Source: a virus
Length of the DNA stretch: 64,000 nt
Strand: one strand, 5' to 3'
Virus record (IMG/VR): IMGVR_UViG_3300018876_000008
Location: 1-64,000 of that record
Below are positions 21,586 to 30,428 of this stretch, piece after piece. Every line of letters starts with the position of its first letter. Position 1 is the first letter of the stretch. The position numbers and the translations under genes were made by a program. The notes beneath the pieces are model-generated. The model was given only the letters and a program-made list of their open reading frames with translations, did not search any database and was not told the DNA's origin.

Positions 21586-21593
21586 TATCTTTG
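21586..21593 (+). promoter_or_regulatory. Bacteroidota-type -7 element (TAnnTTTG)
   Basis: TATCTTTG lies 18 nt before the ATG at 21612. No exact -33 TTTG. Confidence 0.45.
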
Positions 21594-21611
21594 TCCTCTA
21601 AACTTATAGAT

Positions 21612-21842
21612 ATGAAAAATATAGATTTAAATAAAGAGATGGCTTGGGTTACTTTCCTTCACGAGGGATGGGAAACTATATGGCATCCTGTAACTGATGT
21701 AAGCGGCAACCATCTTGAATTTGATGATGGTATTATGGACCATTGTCGTTCTCAGTTCAACCGAGAAGGGAATTGGGTAAGTTTTGGAATAGCACCAACT
21801 AGCCAAATGATTTTAAAAAATTCTGTAAGAGATAACCTTTAA
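21612..21842 (+). CDS. Hypothetical protein
   Basis: Start refined to MKNIDLNK; the track's TTG start lies inside the promoter element. Confidence 0.55.
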   Translation: MKNIDLNKEMAWVTFLHEGWETIWHPVTDVSGNHLEFDDGIMDHCRSQFNREGNWVSFGIAPTSQMILKNSVRDNL

Positions 21843-21858
21843 AACAAAAGAGAGTAAT

Positions 21859-22098
21859 ATGAAAACAGTTAAAAATAATAGTGAAGACGTAAGAAGAGTT
21901 GATGACTCTACTGCAGAAATGTTGGTTAGTAGTGGTTCTTGGTTTTATTGTAGTAAAGAAGAATATAAGAAAAATAGAAAATCTGTTAAGGTAAAAACTA
22001 ACAACAAAACCGAAACTAAAGATATTGAAAACAGAGGTTTATCAGATAAAAAACTTAGAAGAGAAAGAAAACGAGCTAAATCAAATAGAAACCTTTAA
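21859..22098 (+). CDS. Small basic hypothetical protein
   Basis: 79 aa, Lys/Arg-rich C-terminus. Confidence 0.55.
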   Translation: MKTVKNNSEDVRRVDDSTAEMLVSSGSWFYCSKEEYKKNRKSVKVKTNNKTETKDIENRGLSDKKLRRERKRAKSNRNL

Positions 22099-22110
22099 AA
22101 CAAAAGAGAG

Positions 22111-22569
22111 ATGAAAAACGTAATTTTTGACCTTGATGGAACTATTGCTCTTATTAATGATAGGAGAAAATTGTCTACAAAAGATAATGGTAAAATTGAT
22201 TGGGATATTTTTTTTAACCCTGATAATATTAATTTGGACCAACCAAATGATGCGGTCATTACTATGGTTAGACTTTTTAAAGATGCAGGAAATAGGATTG
22301 TAATTCTTTCAGGTAGAAGTAAAGCCACTAAAGATGCTACTAAAGATTGGTTGAATAAGTTTGATGTACCATTTGACATTTTGAAGATGAGACCCACTTC
22401 AAAAGAATTCATGTTTATGCCCGATGACCAACTTAAGCAAATGTGGTTGGATAAACTGTTTACGGATAAGAATGATATTGTGTGTGTTTTTGACGACAGA
22501 CAGAAAGTTGTGGATATGTGGAGACGAAATGGTTTAACTTGTATGCAAGTTGATAAAGGAGATTTTTAA
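22111..22569 (+). CDS. HAD phosphatase, polynucleotide kinase 3'-phosphatase (PseT C-terminal)-like
   Basis: DLDGT, LSGR, MRP, FDDR. Confidence 0.82.
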   Translation: MKNVIFDLDGTIALINDRRKLSTKDNGKIDWDIFFNPDNINLDQPNDAVITMVRLFKDAGNRIVILSGRSKATKDATKDWLNKFDVPFDILKMRPTSKEFMFMPDDQLKQMWLDKLFTDKNDIVCVFDDRQKVVDMWRRNGLTCMQVDKGDF

Positions 22570-22571
22570 TT

Positions 22572-22931
22572 ATGATTTGGAGAGTAAAAAGACTTTTTAG
22601 AAAAATTAAAAGGGTTTGGGATTTTATACCCATCATTTGGAAGGGTGATGACTATGATTATCAATATTCAATTGACCTTTTTAAGTATCAATTGGATAGA
22701 ACTGCAGATTATATTCAAGATAGAGGATTTATCTCAGATGCGGATAATGTTGCATCACGTATTCGTACTGCGACTCGATTGATGGAAAAGGTATATGATG
22801 ATGGTTATATGTCTGAGGCTTGGTCTTACAAAGGTGATGATAAAATTAAACAGGCAGTTGAAAAGTCGGATAAGGCTGAAAAGATTCTTTGGAAGTTTAT
22901 AGGACATAATATTCGTAAATGGTGGGATTAA
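22572..22931 (+). CDS. Hypothetical phage protein
   Basis: 119 aa ORF ending in RKWWD. Confidence 0.6.
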   Translation: MIWRVKRLFRKIKRVWDFIPIIWKGDDYDYQYSIDLFKYQLDRTADYIQDRGFISDADNVASRIRTATRLMEKVYDDGYMSEAWSYKGDDKIKQAVEKSDKAEKILWKFIGHNIRKWWD

Positions 22932-22951
22932 TTAATTAATAAATAAAAAAT

Positions 22952-23488
22952 ATGATAAAAGAACTGACATACAAAAAAAGAGGGACGGATGACTATTATC
23001 CTCCGTTAAAGTATTATACTATGAATGATAATACAGTAATTGCGACATACCAAGGATTCAGAGGTGAAAATCCGGACTTAGACTTTATTGTAAAGTATAG
23101 AGAACCAGGGAAGAGACTCAGAACACCAAGTCATACCCATTGGATTGTAGACTTACTTGTAAAATGTGAATACAATAAAGGTTTGGTAAGAGGATTTATA
23201 TACCAAATGTTAGACCAATATGATAACATTGAACCATTCAGTACTAAAGAAGAGAGAGATAATTACCAGTTAATCTTAAGTGAAAACTTAGATGAGGTTT
23301 ATGACGAGTTAAATGGTCATGGTTATTACAATGTGGATACACTTACTACATTCATAGAGTTATTTATAAGATGTGAAAAACAAACCTCAGGTGCCTTTAT
23401 GTTTAAAGCCTTGTTACAGTTAGTATTAGACTACTGTGACGATAAAAAAGACTTCTACCAAGTTGTCGGATACTCTAAAAGAGTTTAA
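22952..23488 (+). CDS. Hypothetical protein
   Basis: 178 aa ORF with a conserved-looking RTPSHTHWIVDL. Confidence 0.6.
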   Translation: MIKELTYKKRGTDDYYPPLKYYTMNDNTVIATYQGFRGENPDLDFIVKYREPGKRLRTPSHTHWIVDLLVKCEYNKGLVRGFIYQMLDQYDNIEPFSTKEERDNYQLILSENLDEVYDELNGHGYYNVDTLTTFIELFIRCEKQTSGAFMFKALLQLVLDYCDDKKDFYQVVGYSKRV

Positions 23489-23489
23489 A

Positions 23490-24356
23490 ATGAATATATT
23501 AGTTACTGGAGGAGCTGGATTTGTTGGTTCTAACCTTATTAAGGAATTGACTAAGATTTACCCTAAAAGTCGAATAGTAAGTGTAGATAATTACTTCACC
23601 GGTAAAAAAAGTAATCATGTTAAAGGGGTGACTTATTTAAACACTTCAGTCAATGATTTTATAGAGTTTAATGATGAGTTTAAACCTGATATAGTTTACC
23701 ATTTTGGTGAATATTCGAGAATTGTAAAATCTTTTGAGGATATAGATTATTTAATTGAAACTAATTTATATTCTACATCTAAACTTATTGAAAAATGTAT
23801 TCAATGGGACTGTAAATTAATTTACTCCGCATCATCTTCTAAATTTGGTAATAAAGGTAATGATGAAAATTTATCACCTTATTCTTGGGTCAAAGCTAAA
23901 ATGGTTGAACTTATTAAAAATTATGGTAAGTGGTTTAACTTGAAATATGAAATAGTCTATTTTTATAATGTATATGGACCTGGTCAAATTGAAAAAGGTG
24001 ATTACGCAACTGTTATAGGTATCTTTGAAAGACAATATAGAAATGGTGAAATACTAACAGTGGTATCTCCGGGGACTCAGGAAAGAGATTTTACCCATAT
24101 TGAAGACATTGTAAATGGGACTATACTAATATCCGAACAAAATCTTAATCACGAATGGTTTCTTAGGAAAGGTGACCCCAAAACAATAATTCAGATAGCT
24201 AATTTATTTGATAAAGATAAATGGGTTATGGTTGAACAAAGACGTGGAGAAAGACAGACGGCAGATATTGTGGAAAATGACACTAATAAAATTTTAGGTT
24301 GGAAACCTAAACATACGATTGAAAAATATATTAACTCATTAAAAAATTTGAAATAG
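23490..24356 (+). CDS. NAD-dependent nucleotide-sugar epimerase/dehydratase (extended SDR)
   Basis: MNILVTGGAGFVG, YSASSS, YSWVK (YxxxK), NVYGP, RDFTH. Start refined from 23436. Confidence 0.85.
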   Translation: MNILVTGGAGFVGSNLIKELTKIYPKSRIVSVDNYFTGKKSNHVKGVTYLNTSVNDFIEFNDEFKPDIVYHFGEYSRIVKSFEDIDYLIETNLYSTSKLIEKCIQWDCKLIYSASSSKFGNKGNDENLSPYSWVKAKMVELIKNYGKWFNLKYEIVYFYNVYGPGQIEKGDYATVIGIFERQYRNGEILTVVSPGTQERDFTHIEDIVNGTILISEQNLNHEWFLRKGDPKTIIQIANLFDKDKWVMVEQRRGERQTADIVENDTNKILGWKPKHTIEKYINSLKNLK

Positions 24357-24359
24357 GGT

Positions 24360-24390
24360 TTTGTGTAAATGGTTTTTTTTCTTATATTTG
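24360..24390 (+). promoter_or_regulatory. Bacteroidota primary-sigma promoter TTTG-N19-TATATTTG
   Basis: Exact -33/-7 consensus with a 19-nt spacer, upstream of 24409. Confidence 0.75.
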
Positions 24391-24408
24391 TAAAACAAAC
24401 AAGGAAAC

Positions 24409-24960
24409 ATGGCAAATAAACACGACATCATTGAAACAACTACTATTGAAAATCGTTGGGGAGGATATACCACCAAGAAAAAAATCAAAGACATTTATTT
24501 TAAGGATTCTAATGTAATCGCCACTTCTCAAAGTAAACTTGCAAAGTCTGAACGTAACGATTGTGTTGTAAGGGCTTTCATGATGTCTTTGGATTTGCCT
24601 TACGACAAAGCACATAAATTTGTGTCGGATAAGTTTAACCGAGTTAACCGTAAAGGAACTTACACATCAGTTTACCTTAAAAATATTTTGGGAAAACAAA
24701 AGAACGGTAAAAAAATGAGATTGATGGGGTACCACCCAACAAAGACTTTTGGTGGTAGAAAAAAACTTGTTAATCCTAAATACAAGAAAGAGACGGGGTA
24801 CACAGTTAAATCTTTTATGGAACAACACCCTGAAGGAAGATACTTTATGATTGTTAAAGGACACGCACTTGCACTTGTAGATGGAATTCTTTATGGGAAC
24901 TCTAACGAACAATATGACGGTTTCCGCCGACCAGTTCACTACGTAATTAAATGTCAATAA
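24409..24960 (+). CDS. Hypothetical protein with possible Cys/His catalytic pair
   Basis: NDCVVRA and GHALALVDG motifs. Confidence 0.55.
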   Translation: MANKHDIIETTTIENRWGGYTTKKKIKDIYFKDSNVIATSQSKLAKSERNDCVVRAFMMSLDLPYDKAHKFVSDKFNRVNRKGTYTSVYLKNILGKQKNGKKMRLMGYHPTKTFGGRKKLVNPKYKKETGYTVKSFMEQHPEGRYFMIVKGHALALVDGILYGNSNEQYDGFRRPVHYVIKCQ

Positions 24961-24961
24961 G

Positions 24962-25126
24962 TTGATTACTAAAGACCAAATTGAAATAGGTGATATAGTT
25001 GAATGGTTAGATTCAACATATATTGTAGTAGAAATTAAAACTAATGGTTTAATTCTTAAACAAAACTTTAGTATAGGTGTTATTTTAAATAGTCCTGTTA
25101 ATTTTAATGAGATAGTTAAAGTTTAG
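24962..25126 (+). CDS. Possible small beta-barrel protein (54 aa, TTG start; not in ORF track)
   Basis: ITKDQIEIGDIVEWLDSTYIVVEIK...; fills the gap before the next promoter. Confidence 0.35.
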   Translation: MITKDQIEIGDIVEWLDSTYIVVEIKTNGLILKQNFSIGVILNSPVNFNEIVKV

Positions 25127-25136
25127 TACCAAATAT

Positions 25137-25167
25137 TTTGTGTAAATGAAATATTATTGTATCTTTG
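25137..25167 (+). promoter_or_regulatory. Bacteroidota primary-sigma promoter TTTG-N19-TATCTTTG
   Basis: Exact consensus; shares TTTTGTGTAAATG with the 24360 promoter. Confidence 0.75.
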
Positions 25168-25206
25168 TAGAACAATAAGGGTTTAACAATATAAAAAAGG
25201 AAAGAT

Positions 25207-25671
25207 ATGTATATTAAAGAGTATGACAACGTAATGGGTAAAGGGTTCTCAGTAGAGCAATCAGTTAATGGTAAAATGTGTAAATTCATGGTAAATGATA
25301 ATGGATTTGATTCTGAAACTGAGTATGAGTACAGAGCAATCACTAAGTGTGTCGCAGGATTTCTAACAATTTCAGAGGGTAAAGGTAAACTTTCACAAAT
25401 TGCCACTCGATGGGAAAAGAATCGACTACATACCCTTGAAGTAAAAAACCAATACGGTAACTATCAAACGGTATTGGCTATGAAAGCTAGTAAATTCTAC
25501 ATAATTGATAAAGTCATTATTGAGAATTTAACAGTTGGAGATATTCACTCTGGTTTTCCTAAGATGGCTGACTATAATCACTGGAAATCTATCGGTTCTA
25601 AAACGTGGGCTGACCCTGCTTACGGGGTGTTAGTGGACAGTTTTAAAAACATGACTCTTAAAATGGTTTAA
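25207..25671 (+). CDS. Hypothetical protein (probable early gene)
   Basis: 154 aa ORF between a host-type promoter and a terminator. Confidence 0.6.
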   Translation: MYIKEYDNVMGKGFSVEQSVNGKMCKFMVNDNGFDSETEYEYRAITKCVAGFLTISEGKGKLSQIATRWEKNRLHTLEVKNQYGNYQTVLAMKASKFYIIDKVIIENLTVGDIHSGFPKMADYNHWKSIGSKTWADPAYGVLVDSFKNMTLKMV

Positions 25672-25676
25672 ACCAT

Positions 25677-25704
25677 AAAAAAACCCACCGATTGGTGGGT
25701 TTTT
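25677..25704. terminator. Bidirectional intrinsic terminator
   Basis: AAAAAAACCCACC-GATT-GGTGGGTTTTT between convergent genes. Confidence 0.85.
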
Positions 25705-25723
25705 AATTTTATAATAATATAAT

Positions 25724-26590
25724 TTAGAAGTCCATATTATCGAATGGGTCTAATAAACTTCTTTGTTTAAATCCTACACCACCCACATAAGTCTCTCTAT
25801 TTTTAATTTGACTTCTGTAAAATTCTAACATTTTTTCTGCTACCTTTCTATCATATTCTTTGTCATCAGTTTCAGGTACCATATCATCTATGTAGATAGA
25901 CCCTCTAAAACGTCTTAAAGGTCCTCTGTAGTTATATATATCCATAATATCACCTTCGTCCATTTCAAATTCAAAATCATCTACAGGGTACTTAATACCA
26001 ACCTCTTCTTCTTCCTCATCTTCATCTTCTAATTGTTCAGAAACTACATTATTATGGAAATCTATACCTTCTAAAGACTTAAAAAAGTCTATAAATTCTC
26101 CACGTTCATCATCCATCTTCATAATATACTCATCTGTTTCTCTATACGGTTGAAGTAAATCAGGGTTCTCACAATGAAAATCCACATGTGCTGCATAATC
26201 CTCCATTGTTACGACACCATCTTTATCTAAGTCAAAGTGTTTATAAAGTTCTTGAGGAGTTATAATACCATCATTATTTTCATCTGCGGAACCTTCATTT
26301 AAAGATTCAGTTTCATCTTCAATAACCATATCGGTCATATACTCTAACATCTTAGGACCATAAATGTCCATTAAACGATTAATAACTAATTTAGGATTTT
26401 TTCTCATATACCTTACTACATCGGCAGGTATCTCTCCACTATATTTTCCAAACACATTTTCCAACTCCGTTTCTCTTGGAGTTTTATTTATTTGAGGTTC
26501 TATAGTAAAATCTTCTCCCATAAGTTTTTTTTCTACGGCTTTTTGTATTATATTTGTAAGCTCAGTTTCGGAAACGACAAGTTTTTTCAT
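25724..26590 (-). CDS. Acidic protein with two EF-hand loops
   Basis: DENNDGIITPQE and DLDKDGVVTMED. Likely start MKKLVVSETELTNII at 26590. Confidence 0.7.
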   Translation of the reverse strand: MKKLVVSETELTNIIQKAVEKKLMGEDFTIEPQINKTPRETELENVFGKYSGEIPADVVRYMRKNPKLVINRLMDIYGPKMLEYMTDMVIEDETESLNEGSADENNDGIITPQELYKHFDLDKDGVVTMEDYAAHVDFHCENPDLLQPYRETDEYIMKMDDERGEFIDFFKSLEGIDFHNNVVSEQLEDEDEEEEEVGIKYPVDDFEFEMDEGDIMDIYNYRGPLRRFRGSIYIDDMVPETDDKEYDRKVAEKMLEFYRSQIKNRETYVGGVGFKQRSLLDPFDNMDF

Positions 26591-26607
26591 AATAATTTGT
26601 TTTTTCT

Positions 26608-26621
26608 TATAAATATAAATA
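26608..26621 (-). promoter_or_regulatory. Tandem TATTTATA motifs, putative late promoter
   Basis: TATAAATA on + at 26608-26615 and 26614-26621 reads TATTTATA in the sense of the minus-strand gene. Confidence 0.5.
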
Positions 26622-26641
26622 GAATTAAAAAAAAAGTCCAA

Positions 26642-27235
26642 ATGGAAGAAAAGTCAAAACCTTATTTATTGTTCATCTTCGCAGAATTCACAGAAGGTTC
26701 AACAATATTACAAGACTTACCCTTACAACTAACACCGGTAAGTTCATCTAAATATTTTAAATATAATTACAATAATTCAAATGTAATTTGTAACTTTGAA
26801 TCAAAATTACCGTTTAATGAGTTGAGGGAATTCATAGATAGTACAATTACACCAATTGTTGACCATTGGTATTTGATTGAACATTCTCAAAATATGGCTG
26901 TTCATCTTGAGAGTTCATTGAAATTAAATTTATTTGATTTAAACTCAAAAAATGAAGAACCTGACATTATGACAGATAAAGCTGGTGAAGAAGAGATGTA
27001 TAAGGTAATGGATTACTTTTTGAGTCAGTCAATGAAACAAATTGACCCTAAAGAATTGGATGAACTATTTTTAGAAAGTGAGGAAGACTCACTTATATCT
27101 AAACTGAAATTAAAAAAGAACTCTATCATTTCAAAACCAACTTTAGATAGTTTACTTGAAAAGATAAAAGAAAATGGGATAGAAAAATTAACAAAATACG
27201 AAAAACAAATATTAGACGAATATGCGAGAAATTAA
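26642..27235 (+). CDS. Hypothetical protein with C-terminal DUF6576-like helical motif
   Basis: LDSLLEKIKENGIEKLTKYEKQIL. Start MEEKSKP at 26642; coupled to the sigma gene. Confidence 0.55.
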   Translation: MEEKSKPYLLFIFAEFTEGSTILQDLPLQLTPVSSSKYFKYNYNNSNVICNFESKLPFNELREFIDSTITPIVDHWYLIEHSQNMAVHLESSLKLNLFDLNSKNEEPDIMTDKAGEEEMYKVMDYFLSQSMKQIDPKELDELFLESEEDSLISKLKLKKNSIISKPTLDSLLEKIKENGIEKLTKYEKQILDEYARN

Positions 27236-28031
27236 AGAAAACAACAGTATGTACACTTTAAATCAAGATGAGATTCAGATGTATCTTAAAGATTTGAGAC
27301 AACTTGATGTAATGACACCTGACAGAGAAAAACAATTATCTGAGATTATGTGCTCAGATAATTGTACTGAGGAACAAAAAGAAAAGATTCATAAAGAACT
27401 TTTAGAAGGGAATCTTAGATTTGTTATCACAGTAGCCAAACAGTATCAAAACCAAGGTTTAGATATGTCTGACTTAATAGCTGAAGGTAATTTAGGTTTA
27501 ATGAAGGCAATCAAAAATTTTGATTGGACAAAAAAACTAAGATTTATATCATATGCTGTATGGTGGATTAAACAATCTATCTTACAATCATTGAATGAAA
27601 ATTCACGAACGATACGTTTACCAGTTAATGTTGTACAGGATTTACATAAAGCTAAGAAATTGGCTCAAAAAACCAATACAGAATTGGACGATAAATACAC
27701 CACCTTACCTAAGACAACATCAGTAGATAACTATATCAATGATGAAGGTGATACCCTTATTGATTTAATTGAAAATAAAAATTCAGTACAACCTGATGAA
27801 GGGTTTAATACTGAGGGTGAACTAAAAAATAGATTATTAGGTATTATGTCAGTGCTTGATAATCGTGAAAGAATCATCGTAGAGGAGTATTACGGTTTAA
27901 CGGGTACACCAAGAACACTTGAGGATATTGGTGGTGATTTTAGTCTCACAAAAGAAAGAGTTAGACAGATTAAAGAGAAGGCACTACGTAAATTACGTAA
28001 CGAAAGCTCTACACTTTTTGATTATTTATAA
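27222..28031 (+). CDS. rpoD: RNA polymerase sigma-70 family factor, Bacteroidota primary-sigma-like (no region 1.1)
   Basis: NLRFVITVAKQYQNQG, DLIAEGNLGL, FISYAVWWIKQSILQ, RTIRLP, TLEDIG..FSLTKERVRQIKEKALRKLR. Confidence 0.88.
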   Translation: MREIKENNSMYTLNQDEIQMYLKDLRQLDVMTPDREKQLSEIMCSDNCTEEQKEKIHKELLEGNLRFVITVAKQYQNQGLDMSDLIAEGNLGLMKAIKNFDWTKKLRFISYAVWWIKQSILQSLNENSRTIRLPVNVVQDLHKAKKLAQKTNTELDDKYTTLPKTTSVDNYINDEGDTLIDLIENKNSVQPDEGFNTEGELKNRLLGIMSVLDNRERIIVEEYYGLTGTPRTLEDIGGDFSLTKERVRQIKEKALRKLRNESSTLFDYL

Positions 28032-28041
28032 GAGTTTTAAC

Positions 28042-28049
28042 TATTTATA
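28042..28049 (+). promoter_or_regulatory. TATTTATA motif, putative late promoter
   Basis: 19 nt before the ATG at 28069; a second copy is at 28023-28030. Confidence 0.5.
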
Positions 28050-28068
28050 GATAGTTAAGTTTTAAAAT

Positions 28069-29289
28069 ATGTCAGTATTCAACGGAATAAAAAAACGTAT
28101 ATTTCCCACTATAGTGGCACTCTCGGCTTTGTCGGTGAGTGCTTCTGCTGCATTTTATTCAGTATCGGGTTTAAGTAAATTATTCGCGGGTGCGACCTTT
28201 GAAGTTATTATAATGGCAACTTCTTTAGAAGTGGCTAAATTAGTTATAGCATCTTTACTATATCAATATTGGGGTCAGTTAAATAAGTTACTAAAATTTT
28301 ATTTAACATTGGCAACCATAATTTTAGTACTGATAACATCAGCAGGAATTTACGGGTTTTTATCTGCAGCTTATCAAGAGACTGCAACTAAATCGGGTAT
28401 TGTTGATAAACAAGTTGAGGTTTTAGAACTTAAAAAAGAACGATTTGTCGAAAATAGAGAATATCTACTAACTGAAAAGAAAGAAATAGATAATAGTATT
28501 TCAAGTTTAAGAGATGGGTTATCTAATAATGTTATTCAATATAAGGATAGAGAAACAGGAGAAATAATTACAACAACATCATCAAGTACTAGAAGAGCAT
28601 TACAAGGTCAATTAGAAAGTGCAATATCCCAAAGAGACGGAATCTCCATTAAGTTAGAAGCTACTACCGATTCTATTAATAAATTAGATATTAAAATATT
28701 AGATACTGAAAGTTCTGCTGACTTAGCTAGTGAGTTAGGTCCCTTAAAGTATTTAAGTGAATTAACTGACAAACCTATGAATAGTATAATCAATATTCTT
28801 CTATTGATTATAATTTTTGTTTTTGACCCATTAGCGATATCTTTAGTCATTGCTGCTAATTTTGCGTTTAACCAATTAAGGGGTAAAGATAAAAAAGAAC
28901 TGATACAAGAAAGTGATAATGATATATCAAGAGGTGCTGGTAAAATAGAAAGAGAATTAATAAAAAGTGAACCAAAACCTCTACATGTTTCTGATGAATT
29001 ATTAGATAAATTAGAAAAACATTTAAATTTAAATAATGAATCTAATGAAGAAAATCATGTAAAAAAAGGTGAAAATGAAAAAAGTATTTCAGTAACTGAT
29101 GATTTATTAAAAAAAATTAATAAATTATCTGAAGTGATTGATTTGGAAAGTGACGATGAAGAACAATCAGAGAATATAGAAAAAAAAGAAAATACAGAGA
29201 AACCTAAAGTCACTCCACAACCTAATAAACGAATTCTAAAATATAGAAGGAGAGATGGAGGCCAAAATAGAGATACTGACCGACTTTAA
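28069..29289 (+). CDS. Multi-pass membrane protein with long coiled coil
   Basis: Three N-terminal TM segments, coiled coil, further TM (FVFDPLAI), charged tail. Confidence 0.65.
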   Translation: MSVFNGIKKRIFPTIVALSALSVSASAAFYSVSGLSKLFAGATFEVIIMATSLEVAKLVIASLLYQYWGQLNKLLKFYLTLATIILVLITSAGIYGFLSAAYQETATKSGIVDKQVEVLELKKERFVENREYLLTEKKEIDNSISSLRDGLSNNVIQYKDRETGEIITTTSSSTRRALQGQLESAISQRDGISIKLEATTDSINKLDIKILDTESSADLASELGPLKYLSELTDKPMNSIINILLLIIIFVFDPLAISLVIAANFAFNQLRGKDKKELIQESDNDISRGAGKIERELIKSEPKPLHVSDELLDKLEKHLNLNNESNEENHVKKGENEKSISVTDDLLKKINKLSEVIDLESDDEEQSENIEKKENTEKPKVTPQPNKRILKYRRRDGGQNRDTDRL

Positions 29290-29854
29290 ATCTGTTGGTA
29301 ATTACAAAAATAAAAAACAAATACTTCTAACTCATACTGCACGTAATATTAAAGATTATATACGTGGTCTTAAGTATAGATTAAATGGTAATTATAAAAA
29401 GTTACCTCATTATATTATTTCAAGAGAGGGAGAAATATATCAAATTATACCACCAGAAACTTACAGTAATTATATTGATATTAAGACATATAATAAGTCG
29501 GCAATTATAATATCATTAGAAAATTTAGGTTGGTTACGTAAAAACCCACTAAAGGGAGGTTATATTAACTGGATTGGTAATATTTATAAAGATAGGATAT
29601 ATGAAAGAAAATGGAGAGGATATTTTTTTTGGCAACCATATACTGAGATACAAATGGATTCTTTGTCAAAATTAATAAAAAAACTTTGTGTGGACTTTAA
29701 TATTCCTGAGACCTTTATAGGTCATAATGTTAAAGTGGATAAGATTGAAAAATTTCACGGTATTGCTAGTTATAGTAACTATGATGCTGAAAGGACAGAT
29801 TTAAATCCATCTTTCAACTTTGAAGAAATTATAAAAACAGTAGAAAATGAATAA
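29255..29854 (+). CDS. N-acetylmuramoyl-L-alanine amidase (Amidase_2)-like, putative endolysin
   Basis: ILLTHT, PHYIISREGEIYQ, ISLE, YTEIQMDSL, IGH, TDLNP. Confidence 0.7.
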   Translation: MEAKIEILTDFKSVGNYKNKKQILLTHTARNIKDYIRGLKYRLNGNYKKLPHYIISREGEIYQIIPPETYSNYIDIKTYNKSAIIISLENLGWLRKNPLKGGYINWIGNIYKDRIYERKWRGYFFWQPYTEIQMDSLSKLIKKLCVDFNIPETFIGHNVKVDKIEKFHGIASYSNYDAERTDLNPSFNFEEIIKTVENE

Positions 29855-30428
29855 TCAATACGATGAATTAAAAAGCTTATTAGAGGCATCAAGAAATATG
29901 TTAGGTAAAAATGACTTGACAGAATCTAAAAACACTTTAATAACTAAAGGTTTAATAAAAGAACAAGAAGATGGTCCTATAGATATAGAGGCGGACTCTG
30001 AAGAAGAGATTGAGATTGAAACGACGCCCGAAGAAGATAAACAAAAATCTTATAGAGTTTCTGGTGGACTAATAACCTTACATGGAAAAACTAAACAAGA
30101 TTTAGAGTTATCAACGGATGAAAAAACTTCATATCAAGAGACTATGGATGAGTTTGTAAATGAAGTATCTGATTTATCTGATTTTGGAACTTTAAATGTT
30201 TACCCTAATAATGTTGACTGGTCAGGTAAAGTTATAGACTATGATGTTGAGTTTTACTTTTCAATAGGTGAAACTAACGGAGTATACATAAATGGAGATA
30301 TGATTAAACTTGATGATGGATTAGTTGAATTAATAAATAAATTAACTTCTTATTATGATAAGTTTAAGGCTAAATGGGCTAAAGTTTTATCACAAAGAAA
30401 GAAAACAAAAAATGTAGATGAAGTATAA
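29847..30428 (+). CDS. Hypothetical acidic protein (possible head protein)
   Basis: LLEA, LTES and IKEQ motifs in the N-terminal part. Confidence 0.55.
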   Translation: MNNQYDELKSLLEASRNMLGKNDLTESKNTLITKGLIKEQEDGPIDIEADSEEEIEIETTPEEDKQKSYRVSGGLITLHGKTKQDLELSTDEKTSYQETMDEFVNEVSDLSDFGTLNVYPNNVDWSGKVIDYDVEFYFSIGETNGVYINGDMIKLDDGLVELINKLTSYYDKFKAKWAKVLSQRKKTKNVDEV

